Positions 20,151-29,981 of a DNA stretch of 64,000 bases are shown here, piece by piece (within the stretch, counting starts at the first letter, position 1; each line of letters begins with the position of its first letter). The position numbers and the translations under genes were made by a program. Source of the DNA: an uncultured Nitrososphaerota archaeon (GTDB lineage: Archaea; Thermoproteota; Nitrososphaeria; Nitrososphaerales; Nitrosopumilaceae); assembly GCA_963824385.1 (NCBI GenBank), contig CAWGPD010000004.1, forward strand, positions 288,001 to 352,000, written 5' to 3'. The notes beneath the pieces are model-generated. The model searched no databases. It was not told the origin of the DNA and was given only the letters and a program-made list of their open reading frames with translations.

Positions 20151-20714
20151 CTATTTTTTTTTATAAATATAATATGCTGTGGCTATCAATATTGTAGCAA
20201 ATATTACAAGTATAATCATTACGGGGAATAGAATAAACCCCATGTTAAGAAGTTGAAATTGTGGCGACGAAACAAAAACTGTAAATTTTGCAATATTTAT
20301 GTCATGTAAAGTATCAATTCGGATTAATATGTAATAGGTACCACCACTTGGAAAGATATAGTCTTGTGAAAAATCCGTTCCATGTATTGTAGTAGTTTCA
20401 AATTTATGTACAAGGCCATTAGGAGTTGAGCTAACTTCTGGATTTACCACCGTGATGGTTTCATTAAAATTCTTGAGATCTTCACCAGTTTGTAGATTTT
20501 GAACACTAAAGATCATAGTGGAATTTCTACCCATGGAAGGAGTAGATGGAATGGTATCAAATTGAATCTGAATGTTATGTTCTTGATTCTTCCAATCCTG
20601 ATAGTTAAGTCCATAAAGATTAGCATATGATGGAAAACTAGGAATAAAGGCAAGACAGCAAAGAAGCATTATTTTTACAGCTTTTAAAAATCTGGAAGTG
20701 GAATTTGTCTTCAT
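20151..20714 (-). CDS. Secreted Ig-like protein with C-terminal TM anchor
   Basis: Signal peptide, beta-rich core (IQFDTIPSTP...DYIFPSGGTYYILIRI), TM + KKK. Confidence 0.75.
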   Translation of the reverse strand: MKTNSTSRFLKAVKIMLLCCLAFIPSFPSYANLYGLNYQDWKNQEHNIQIQFDTIPSTPSMGRNSTMIFSVQNLQTGEDLKNFNETITVVNPEVSSTPNGLVHKFETTTIHGTDFSQDYIFPSGGTYYILIRIDTLHDINIAKFTVFVSSPQFQLLNMGFILFPVMIILVIFATILIATAYYIYKKK

Positions 20715-20827
20715 TCAAGGATTTAGACATTGATTCGACTTATAATACAATATATTGATTTTCTATTCACAGACATAATTAAGAATCACATGTATGATTT
20801 TTAAGTAAATCACACTTGATGTAACAC

Positions 20828-21442
20828 GTGAGAAAAATAAAGATAATTTTACCCATATGTTTTTGCATTTTTATTATTTTTTCATCTCATGATGCAAGTG
20901 CAGAGGTAGCAATTCATAATCCATATGTTGAAGGTATTTTCGGATCATTGAGTTGGCATCCTGACGCTCTAAATTCAGACTCGGAGGTCAGAGGAAATTA
21001 TGAAGTAATTATTACAGCAGATCCGATAATTCCCTCAATAGACCAGGTAACTCACATACAGTTCAAAGTCTTCAATTATAACCAAGGCCCTTATGGAGAT
21101 AATAAATTAAATTATGCCGAAATAGGTGTCAATCACTTTACAATGGGAGTAAGAATATATCACAATGATGTACTTGTACATGAATTTCTTCCACAATATC
21201 ATGATGGGAGTTTATGGAGTACAGATTATACTTTTACGCAGTCTGGAAATCACGTGTTAAAAGTAGATCTATATAATTTTGACAAGGACAATAATGTTGT
21301 AACATATATTTTCAATGTTCCAGTATCAACAAAATTTGGTCCCATTTTCCAATACATTTTAGTTGCAGCAGTAATTGCATTCGCAATAATCTTGATATGG
21401 GTCAGATTTGCCATGAGAAGAAAAAAGATTCAACACCTGTAA
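20828..21442 (+). CDS. Secreted Ig-like protein with C-terminal TM anchor
   Basis: Signal peptide, VIITADPIIP...DYTFTQSGNHVLKVDL, TM + RRKK. Confidence 0.78.
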   Translation: MRKIKIILPICFCIFIIFSSHDASAEVAIHNPYVEGIFGSLSWHPDALNSDSEVRGNYEVIITADPIIPSIDQVTHIQFKVFNYNQGPYGDNKLNYAEIGVNHFTMGVRIYHNDVLVHEFLPQYHDGSLWSTDYTFTQSGNHVLKVDLYNFDKDNNVVTYIFNVPVSTKFGPIFQYILVAAVIAFAIILIWVRFAMRRKKIQHL

Positions 21443-21776
21443 TCACGTCCAGAAAATGCAGGCAAGCGAACATGCTTTGAAAATGACAGTTCACTAGAGG
21501 AGCAAAAAGAAGAGCTAAGAAAGTTGTTGATTAAGCATTAGCAAAAAAGAAAAGTAAGAGTGACCCAGACAAGAGATGAATTTTATTAAGATTGGTTACA
21601 TAATTGGAAATGTCATACTAAATTTTTTACTCACAACCCAGATTATGAGTTTTGAGAATAAAGTTTTAGATCTCTACCAAGTAGAAATTTGATGTTATTC
21701 GCCTAATCCAGAGTCATCTTTACCACTAATTTTCACAATATCCCAAGACATATTGCTCATGTGGCTGTTATGGCAT

Positions 21777-22106
21777 ATGATGATTGCCATAGATTGTGCA
21801 GGAGATAGGGAATTAGCATCAGAATTACAAAATTATCTAAAAAAGCATCAGTATGATGTAAAAACAGACGAGTCATCTGTTATGTTAAATGCAGTAGATG
21901 CAGAGAACGTTTTAGAGTCATTTCTCAAGGAAAGTGGTAGAACAGAGTATAGCATACGTAAAATTGATTCCGCAAATATTTTACTATCCAAAGAGGTGCC
22001 AATCGAAGATTTTGGTTTTGTAAGATGTGAAATGTGTGGATATGTACTGTCAAGCGAAGAAGAGTTGCTAGTTCACAGACGAGCGCATGGAATTCAACTC
22101 CTTTGA
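21777..22106 (+). CDS. C2H2-type zinc finger protein
   Basis: C-terminal CEMCGYVLSSEEELLVHRRAH (C-x2-C-x12-H-x3-H). Confidence 0.85.
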   Translation: MMIAIDCAGDRELASELQNYLKKHQYDVKTDESSVMLNAVDAENVLESFLKESGRTEYSIRKIDSANILLSKEVPIEDFGFVRCEMCGYVLSSEEELLVHRRAHGIQLL

Positions 22107-22193
22107 TCGGATTTCCTCTAAAAATAATCTTGAGATTATCAACGACGAAAATCTAAAATATTCATTTATCTAGTTTATCTCCCATATGATACC

Positions 22194-22637
22194 ATGAGAG
22201 AAGAACAAGTAATTTTAAGCAAAATAGATGTAGACAAACTAGTCACATCTACCAAGAACCATTTGCAAGAGTTGGGACTGAAAATAATCCACGAAGACAC
22301 ATTCGAAGGTTGTTACAGCATCAAAGCATACAAGGGCGGAATTCCTTCACTCGTTACTGGCAGCGTAAGAGATGTCGAGATACTAATTACTGGGAAAGAT
22401 AAGGACTATGAGCTAACACTAAGAACTGGAGCGTGGGGCAGAGATATTGCAATTCCGTCACTTCTTATAAGCGGATTCTCGTTTGGCGCAGGTGCAGTTG
22501 TAGCAGGTGTTGAAGTTCTCAGAGCAGTAATGTTTGAAAAAAACTTTTGGGCATGGCTCAATAAGGAAATATTCCGTCTAGGAAATGAATCCGTGATGGG
22601 TTCGCCACAAGTTGTTGCACCACAAGATGGTAAATAA
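22194..22637 (+). CDS. Hypothetical protein with Gly-rich hydrophobic hairpin
   Basis: 147-aa ORF; GAWGRDIAIPSLLISGFSFGAGAVVAGV. Confidence 0.75.
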   Translation: MREEQVILSKIDVDKLVTSTKNHLQELGLKIIHEDTFEGCYSIKAYKGGIPSLVTGSVRDVEILITGKDKDYELTLRTGAWGRDIAIPSLLISGFSFGAGAVVAGVEVLRAVMFEKNFWAWLNKEIFRLGNESVMGSPQVVAPQDGK

Positions 22638-22890
22638 TCATAATACTATTTTTATGTAAAGACAAACTATTGTAATCGTTTACACTCAAAATTTTAATTC
22701 ATGTTACAACAATATCAATCATAAGAAAGAATATCTACGCGAATCATGTCTTATGGGACTTAGGGGTTACAAGAATAATTGTGAAGTTAAATTTCTCAAA
22801 CATTGTTGATTGTCCATCTAAAACTTATTCTGAAATTAGTGTAGCAACGCTTTTAGGGACTACGAACGATGTAAGAAATGAAATCATAGC

Positions 22891-23865
22891 ATGAGTCAAG
22901 AGTCGTTTGCAAATTATTTTACAGAACGGTTGGTTACACAAAAGGGTTCTGGATTCCACGTTATTGCAGGAGTGCTAATTCTCATCATTGGTATTGCCAT
23001 AGGACTGACAATCAATAATTCGTTGATAATCTATGTAGCACTTGCTTTAGGCATATCAGTTATCATCTCTTCATTTCTAATGATTATCAAACAATATGAA
23101 AGAGCAATAATATTGAGACTGGGAAAATATCAAAGACAGGTAGGCCCTGGTGTTCAAACTAGACTGCCTTTTGCTGATAACATACTTGTTGTAGATATAC
23201 GAGAAAAAGTAAGTGAATTCAAAGCCGAAAGAATGCTAACAAAGGATAATGTTCCAGTAACTATTGATGCAATACTTCGTTACAAAATAATAGAACAGCG
23301 AGCTAAAGATTCGATACTAAATGTAGAGAATTTTAATCAAATGATACGACAGGTCTCCCAAACAACACTTCGTAATAATATCGGTTCTGCGATGTTCCAA
23401 GAGGTGCTTTCAAAAAGAGAAGAGATCAACGAACGTATTAAAACCGCAATTTCAAGTGAGGCAAGTAATTGGGGAATGGAAGTAACTGGTGTAGAAATAC
23501 GCCAGGTAATAATACCCCAAGAATTAGAATCTGCAATGTCAATGCAAGCTCAGGCAGAGCGTGAAAAGAACGCGAGAGTGATATATGGAGAGTCAGAAGT
23601 TCTAGTTGCACAAAAATTTTCAGAGGCAGCTAAAGTATACGCCGATAATCCTGTGGCATACGCACTAAGACAATCTAACATGTTGTATGAATCAATAAAG
23701 GTTCAAGGAAGTACTATAGTTATGGTTCCAACAGAATCACTTAATTCAATGGGATTTGGCAACCTAGGAACTACTATTGCATACCTTGAAAGCACCAAAA
23801 AGACTGCAGCCCAACTAAACTCAAAAGACGATAAGACCAAACATACTGATGCTGAATCGCAGTAG
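22891..23865 (+). CDS. SPFH/Band 7 (stomatin-like) membrane protein
   Basis: 2 TM, QYERAIILRLG, LTKDNVPVTIDA, QTTLR, QAQAEREK. Confidence 0.93.
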   Translation: MSQESFANYFTERLVTQKGSGFHVIAGVLILIIGIAIGLTINNSLIIYVALALGISVIISSFLMIIKQYERAIILRLGKYQRQVGPGVQTRLPFADNILVVDIREKVSEFKAERMLTKDNVPVTIDAILRYKIIEQRAKDSILNVENFNQMIRQVSQTTLRNNIGSAMFQEVLSKREEINERIKTAISSEASNWGMEVTGVEIRQVIIPQELESAMSMQAQAEREKNARVIYGESEVLVAQKFSEAAKVYADNPVAYALRQSNMLYESIKVQGSTIVMVPTESLNSMGFGNLGTTIAYLESTKKTAAQLNSKDDKTKHTDAESQ

Positions 23866-24037
23866 AATCACACATGGCCCACATCTCTTTTTGTTTGGGG
23901 CTTTTGTTTTGTCGAGTTCCTCACAATAGATTTTGCCAAGTTGCCAATCTACAAATTACTAGAGCGCAAAGGATTACGTGCAAATACAGGTCAACTTGCA
24001 GTGCCTAAAAAATAGATTCAGATAGATTATCTCAAAA

Positions 24038-24901
24038 TTATTTCGTGAGTAGTTTACGGAACGATTGTAATTCCTGTTTGCGTTTGGAGTCTGAATGAGG
24101 GTAAGTCATTTTGAGCCCTTTGAGTGTGTCAAGTATTATCTGCGAAAGTATCAGCCGAGCATTCTCTTTGTCATCTGCAGGAATAATATACCAAGGTGCA
24201 TTAGCAGTGCTTGTACTAAGACAATCCTCATAAGCTTTCATGTAATGATTCCAGAATTTTCTCTCCACTATATCAGCAAGACTGAGTTTCCAATTCTTTT
24301 TGGGGTCATCAATGCGTTTGAGAAAGCGTTTTCGCTGTTCCTCCTCTGAAATGTGAAGAAAGAATTTGATAATCTTGGTTCCATTTCGATGAAGATGACG
24401 CTCCAAATTGGCAATGGACTGATACCTCTCATTCCAAACGGTTTTCTCGTCGAGAACATCTCCAAGTCCCTCGCTACGGAGAATCTCTGGATGTACCCGA
24501 ACAATCAATACTTCTTCGTAATAGGATCGATTAAAGATTCCAATTTGTCCTCGTTCAGGTAGACAGTGGGTAGTACGCCATAGAAAATCATGCTCAAGTT
24601 CCTGAACACTGGGATGTTTGAAACTGAAAACGTGACAACCTTGTGGATTGATGCCAGACATCACGTGCTTGATGGAGCCGTCTTTTCCTGCTGCATCCAT
24701 AGATTGAAAAATCAACAATACAGAATAACGGTTTGATGCATAGAGAAGATTTTGTAGTGAGCTTAACTCTTCAACATGTTCTTGGAGTATCTGAGTATAT
24801 TGCTCCTTTGACTTGTAAACAGGCTTTACAATCGTAGGCCATTTGGTAAGTTTGATCTTTTCTCCTTCTTTTACTAGGAAATCTTTGGAATTAATTTTCA
24901 A
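24038..24901 (-). CDS. ppk2: Polyphosphate kinase 2 family protein
   Basis: [52 protein letters not shown]. Confidence 0.95.
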   Translation of the reverse strand: MKINSKDFLVKEGEKIKLTKWPTIVKPVYKSKEQYTQILQEHVEELSSLQNLLYASNRYSVLLIFQSMDAAGKDGSIKHVMSGINPQGCHVFSFKHPSVQELEHDFLWRTTHCLPERGQIGIFNRSYYEEVLIVRVHPEILRSEGLGDVLDEKTVWNERYQSIANLERHLHRNGTKIIKFFLHISEEEQRKRFLKRIDDPKKNWKLSLADIVERKFWNHYMKAYEDCLSTSTANAPWYIIPADDKENARLILSQIILDTLKGLKMTYPHSDSKRKQELQSFRKLLTK

Positions 24902-25135
24902 TTCAAATCATCTACTACTGAGAACTTCTTATCTTTACCGCAGATAATCATATGATGGATGACATCAAAATTAGGAATACATAACAATTACGGATTGTCG
25001 TGTCTAGAATGTCTGGCATGCTTTCCAGTATGAATATTGTATTTTATTGCGTTCATCTAAAAATAAGTTTACCATAGTATGTCCTTTATTGATGATGTGT
25101 TTTAAGGCAAGATTATAGCCAAAATTAGACACTTG

Positions 25136-25565
25136 TTATTTTACCACAAGTACTGGAATTTTGGACTTGATGACAACGGAAGATGCCACGCTTCCAAGAA
25201 TCATTCTTTTTACTGGACCTAGACCTCTTGAACCCATTACTATGAGATCAAACTTTTCTTTTTGGGAAAAATCTATGATCTTTTTTGATTCTTGCCCAAA
25301 CAAAGTCTCTTTTTTAAAACTGATCTTGTTTTTTATGACTTGCTTTTCTGCATTTTCAAGAAACTCTGTGACTTTTTTGAGGAGTTTTCGAGTCTCGGGA
25401 GTATTAACCAAGTCAGGATTATCATATGCAACATGCAAAACATATAGCACGGTTATCTGGGCATCAAACTGGCTTGCCATGTAGATTGCTTCATCTAGAG
25501 CACTAAAGGAACTCTTGGAACCATCCATTGGTACTAGGATTCTTTTTTATTGCTCTTTTTATCAA
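25136..25565 (-). CDS. Universal stress protein; +1 frameshift in A-run near 25545
   Basis: (K)RILVPMDGS..S..AL, DLIVMGSRG, LGSVAS.VV, PVLVVK. Confidence 0.9.
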
Positions 25566-25745
25566 TAATTTAAAAAAGAAAATTTACAATTTAAGTGTCA
25601 CATAGAATATCAATTATGAAAACATCATTTGAACATCAAAATTTGAAACTTTTGACTTATGTTACAACATGTAAGAAAATCTAAATCCACTTGATGAATT
25701 TATATAAAATAATAGTTTCAAGAAAGAAATGATATGAAGATTATT

Positions 25746-26450
25746 TTAACTGGATTCAATTTTTTTAAACTTTATTCTATACACAAATGCAACAATACTA
25801 GTACCTACAAAGGGCGCAGTCAAATACAGCCACAAGTCGTTTATGTAACCAGATGCCACTGCTGATGCCATCGATCGAATTGGATTCATGGATGCTCCTG
25901 ATACTGTTCCAAAAAAGAAAATATCCAATCCTATGACTGCACCCACTGCAGCCCATCCATGTCCATGGTGCCCTCTATAATGAACAACAATTAGAGTAAT
26001 TCCCATTACAAACATAGTAGCCAGAACTTCTACTCCAAAGATCACTGGTATTGGGTATGCATAGTTAGGTGCATTTGCACCAAGATTATCTTGTGTACCG
26101 ATTACATATTTGACAAAAAGGATGCCCAAAAATGCACCAATAAATTCTGCTGCAAGGTATAATCCGAGAAGATTTCGTGGCATGTGTTTTGTTATCAGAA
26201 ATCCAATTGTAACTGCCGGGTTGTAGTGCGCCATTGAAATTTTGGTAAATGCACGTATTGCCAAGCCAACTCCAACCGCTGGACATAGTGCAAGAAACCA
26301 AGGTCCAAACATTCCGGCATACTTTGCGTTCAATACTGCCGGTCCAGCAGAAACGACAACCAATATACACGTGCCAATGATTTCAGCAAAAAACTTTTTT
26401 TGATTAATTTTCTGATTCCAGACTTTCAAGATATTGATAACTTGACACAC
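25746..26450 (-). CDS. MIP family channel (aquaporin)
   Basis: AEIIGT, ISMAHYNPAVT, VEVLAT, SGASMNPIRS, WLYLTAPFVG. Confidence 0.93.
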   Translation of the reverse strand: MCQVINILKVWNQKINQKKFFAEIIGTCILVVVSAGPAVLNAKYAGMFGPWFLALCPAVGVGLAIRAFTKISMAHYNPAVTIGFLITKHMPRNLLGLYLAAEFIGAFLGILFVKYVIGTQDNLGANAPNYAYPIPVIFGVEVLATMFVMGITLIVVHYRGHHGHGWAAVGAVIGLDIFFFGTVSGASMNPIRSMASAVASGYINDLWLYLTAPFVGTSIVAFVYRIKFKKIESS

Positions 26451-26686
26451 TAATAAAAAAGTGTGTAATATCTCATTTTGTATAAAATTTCTTCATGAAG
26501 ATATCTTGGACTAGTAATCAGTTTGAAAATTGTGACTGTGTAATATGATAAGAATGGATCTTATGTCATCAAACAACCAAATCTAATGCAGATGTTGAAC
26601 TAAAATTGTAATATCCATCAAAGGCATCATGGGTCTGAAATTATTCCAAGTCATCCATAGTCGCAATACAACCTATTTTGAGAAAT

Positions 26687-27205
26687 TCAATGACCCATGT
26701 GTTGACTTGACTGGAAATTCATGAATTGTTGTATTGCAGTGAGAACTTGTGTGTCATTGGTGGTTAAAATCAGAATAGAACCACCGTCAATGTCTTTTAT
26801 AGAATAATTAATCAGATCCTTTTTTGCTTTCATTACATCAGTGCCTGGAACAATTTGAGCATGGATATAGAATGGTTTAGTGAAATTTCCCTGAGAAAAT
26901 TCGTATTGAATCTCTTTTACATGAGATCTTATCTCATCAACGGTTTTGACATCACTCATGTTAGTTGACATGATCATAATCTCGCCACCTGTTGTAGTTG
27001 ACATGAAATGATGATGTATCATAGTTTGATTGAAGCCCATTGCCATATTGCCACGTTCCAACATTGCTGTCTGATTGAAGCCTTCTGTTGTATTGGTAGT
27101 TTGATTAACTGTAGTCTTGTTACTTATAGGCAGAAAATATACTCCAGCTAATATAGACATGATAATTACTACAATTATTGTTAGAATTTTCTTATTCAAC
27201 AGCAT
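26687..27205 (-). CDS. Secreted Met/His-rich hypothetical protein (putative metal binding)
   Basis: N-terminal TM; GNMAMGFNQTMIHHHF, IRSH, IHAQIVPG, C-terminal QHMGH. Confidence 0.75.
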   Translation of the reverse strand: MLLNKKILTIIVVIIMSILAGVYFLPISNKTTVNQTTNTTEGFNQTAMLERGNMAMGFNQTMIHHHFMSTTTGGEIMIMSTNMSDVKTVDEIRSHVKEIQYEFSQGNFTKPFYIHAQIVPGTDVMKAKKDLINYSIKDIDGGSILILTTNDTQVLTAIQQFMNFQSSQHMGH

Positions 27206-27444
27206 GTCTGATATTACATCGTGATATGAAATTACCTTATGTTTATCTAGATTAGTTCAATGTCGTAATTTCAGTCAATTTTTATAATTTTACCACAAAG
27301 TGGGCCCAAAATAACACCATGTTGATACCTTAATCCCCCGTCCTGAACCAAGGGGGTCAAACTAATTTTACTTCGCATTCAATGGCGCTGTTAAGTTTTA
27401 TTTTAAAACATGCAACATTATAAAAAATCTCAGGGCATGAATTG

Positions 27445-28998
27445 TTATTCGGTAGCTATTTGTATCAATTCAGAGATCTGTTTTCCTTTTCCTTGAGAAA
27501 GTGCAGATATTCCCCCCGTCAAGCTCTCAGTTGTGATGCCTTTGGTTGCAAGCGCACGAACCGCCATCAATGAAGTATTTCCGGCCATGCATACAAGCAA
27601 AGATTTACCAGACCCGAGTTCTTTCAAATCTTCTGGAACCTGCTGAGTTGTCAATAATTTTTCCACATCTTTTGCTTTTGGAATAATTATCTTACTTTTG
27701 TCAACTCCTAGGGATTTTGCAATCATTTCTATTCCCTCTTCACGTGGAGTGTATTGGGTGTGAACCCAAATGATTTTGTCATAATCATTTATGCTGGAAG
27801 CAGCTTCTTGTAGCGATACCTGAATACGGTTCTGTTTCTTTGACATCTCGTCCAAATTCTTTTTGTATTTTTGTATCCCATCTGCAATTATTACAACAAA
27901 CTTTCCACCAAATTGTCCAGAGTTTACCATCTGTACTACTGCGTATAATGCAAGTGCACTACTCTCTCCCATATCATAGCCATTGTCAACAAAAAACTTT
28001 AGCATGTATTTTGCACGCTCAAAATCTACCTCGTGTTGTCCCTCGTATCGCTCAGGTTCATAAAACTTTAATCCACTTGCCTTGTCTTTTGTTCTAATTC
28101 CTGCCACATCTTGACCAGGTATTGGAAATACAACATGTAGTAATTTTTTCCCATATTTTTCAGACATGTATCTACTCAAACCTCCAGATGTTCCACCAGT
28201 ACCAAATGTACACACCACTCTAAAATCTCCAAGAGACTGGTTTGTCTCATGTAATTGTTGGTCTATCTCAGGTGCAGTAATAGTTCTGTGAGCTTCAATA
28301 TTCATTTCATTATCATATTGTTCTGGACAAAAACCTCCATAGATATTTGCAAGCAACTTTGCCAAATTGATTATGTCTTGAGATACTAACAATGACTGTA
28401 CTTCAGAGATTGCACTGTCAAAAATTTCTGGCTTGAATCCAAGTTCGGATAGTTGTGAGCGAATATTTGCAGCAGTTGCTTTTGCAACCAATACATTAGG
28501 ATTATCTTTCATTCCAGGAGCTGGGCATATATCCATATCAAGGTTTAAGATCCGAGTCTTTTCATTTCTCAATTCTTCAAATACTCCGTCCTGAAGTTTT
28601 CTTGATACTAGTGTAACTACATCTAATCCAAGCTTTGATAATTGCCCAAGAGCTATTCCAAAATTGCCCGAAGTGGCTTCAAATATCGTCTGTCCGCGTT
28701 TAATCTTTCCTTTAGAAATGGCATCATGAATAATGTTTAGTGCAGGTCTTACTTTGATAGACCCAGATGGTAATCCAGAATCAAACTTGCCGAAAATTTT
28801 CAAATCTTTATCATCAAGGTTTAGATTCAATACTTTTTTTGCACATGCCTTGAAATCTTCGGTAATGTCACGAAGTGGAGTTGCATTAACGATTGTTACG
28901 TTATCTGATTTTTCCAAGTGTGGAATTTTTTTCCATACCTCTTGCTCAAATTGCTCAAGCAAAGATGTGTCAATGTTTTTTGGTATATTTGATGTCAA
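27445..28998 (-). CDS. Cysteine synthase-like PLP enzyme (fold type II) fused to C-terminal rhodanese-like domain
   Basis: SGSIKVRPA (PLP Lys), EATSGNFG, EQYDN, TFGTGGTSGG, GESSA; C-terminal LLVCMAGNTS...SLTGGI. Confidence 0.85.
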   Translation of the reverse strand: MTSNIPKNIDTSLLEQFEQEVWKKIPHLEKSDNVTIVNATPLRDITEDFKACAKKVLNLNLDDKDLKIFGKFDSGLPSGSIKVRPALNIIHDAISKGKIKRGQTIFEATSGNFGIALGQLSKLGLDVVTLVSRKLQDGVFEELRNEKTRILNLDMDICPAPGMKDNPNVLVAKATAANIRSQLSELGFKPEIFDSAISEVQSLLVSQDIINLAKLLANIYGGFCPEQYDNEMNIEAHRTITAPEIDQQLHETNQSLGDFRVVCTFGTGGTSGGLSRYMSEKYGKKLLHVVFPIPGQDVAGIRTKDKASGLKFYEPERYEGQHEVDFERAKYMLKFFVDNGYDMGESSALALYAVVQMVNSGQFGGKFVVIIADGIQKYKKNLDEMSKKQNRIQVSLQEAASSINDYDKIIWVHTQYTPREEGIEMIAKSLGVDKSKIIIPKAKDVEKLLTTQQVPEDLKELGSGKSLLVCMAGNTSLMAVRALATKGITTESLTGGISALSQGKGKQISELIQIATE

Positions 28999-29156
28999 TT
29001 TTATCTGTAGTGCTGTGATGGTTTTGAATATCTTATAAAATATGTCATATAGTTACGATGGTGTGTACGGTTTAACATAGGCTAAAAAATTAAATTTAGA
29101 TATCATAAAACACGCATTCTATGTCATTTGATTGAGGACATCAAAATTTAAGCAAT

Positions 29157-29912
29157 TTACCGTCTCAGCTTTTTTTCTCTTTCAAAACACTTGTCTGCTT
29201 CTTTCTTTTTATCCAGTTTTAAAAGCACTCCGCCTTTGTTATGCCATGCAACTACAAACTCGGGGTTTAGTTTTATTGCCCTATCAAAGCACTCCAATGC
29301 TTTTTCAAATTTTTCAAGAATAAAAAAACAAACGCCTTTAAAATTCCAAGCGGACGCTCTTGTTGGATCCAATAAAATTACCTCATCAAATGACTCCATT
29401 GCATCTTCATATCGTTTCAAATCAGAAAGACATACACCTTTTAGATTCCAAGCATCGACAGATTCAGGATTTATGTATAAAGCTTTTTCGTAACAGTAAA
29501 GGGCTTCATCATATCTTTTCAGACTAGACAGTGCGTCGCCTTTTTTGAGCCATGCTTTTACATATCGGGGTAACTTTTCTAGGGCTTTGTCAAAAAATAC
29601 AATTGCCTCTCCATATTTTTGTTTTAAAAGTAATTTCTCAGCTTCTTCATAAGAGTAAACAGCATCTTCAGGATAAATGTCTCCAAATTTTGGAATAATT
29701 TTTGATTCCCCTGCATGTTGCAATCGCAAGATCTGGTACGCATCAGAGATTTTCACAAATCGTTCCTCATTGCCTTTTGAAGAATCCTTGTCAGGATGAT
29801 AACGTAAGGCAAGATTTCGGTATGCGTCTTTAATTTCCTTTATTGACGCACCAGGTTTTAGTCCCAATATTTCATAGCACTGAAAGGTATTCAATATCAA
29901 AAATACATCCAA
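29157..29912 (-). CDS. DnaJ-domain + TPR repeat protein
   Basis: YEILGL...AYRNLALRYHPDK...F.KISDAYQIL; TPRs AWLKKG, AWNLKG, AWNFKG, AWHNKG. Confidence 0.93.
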   Translation of the reverse strand: MDVFLILNTFQCYEILGLKPGASIKEIKDAYRNLALRYHPDKDSSKGNEERFVKISDAYQILRLQHAGESKIIPKFGDIYPEDAVYSYEEAEKLLLKQKYGEAIVFFDKALEKLPRYVKAWLKKGDALSSLKRYDEALYCYEKALYINPESVDAWNLKGVCLSDLKRYEDAMESFDEVILLDPTRASAWNFKGVCFFILEKFEKALECFDRAIKLNPEFVVAWHNKGGVLLKLDKKKEADKCFEREKKLRR

Positions 29913-29981
29913 AGTAGAATATCAAAGTCTTTCTTGGAAGATCCATGCCTATTTTTATAACTGACGTTAACATTACACATC

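Noticed and set aside
21450..21600. Purine-rich stretch resembling a decayed coding fragment (SSLEEQKEELRKLLIKH*)
   Set aside because: Too short and interrupted to assign; needs tBLASTx
22701..25670. ATGTTACAACA repeated at about 22701 and 25659 in intergenic DNA
   Set aside because: Only two 11-bp copies in AT-rich DNA at inconsistent distances from starts
27335..27356. CCCCC-N12-GGGGG hairpin (also weak hairpins near 23877, 56122, 58941)
   Set aside because: Short stems, single copies, no further support
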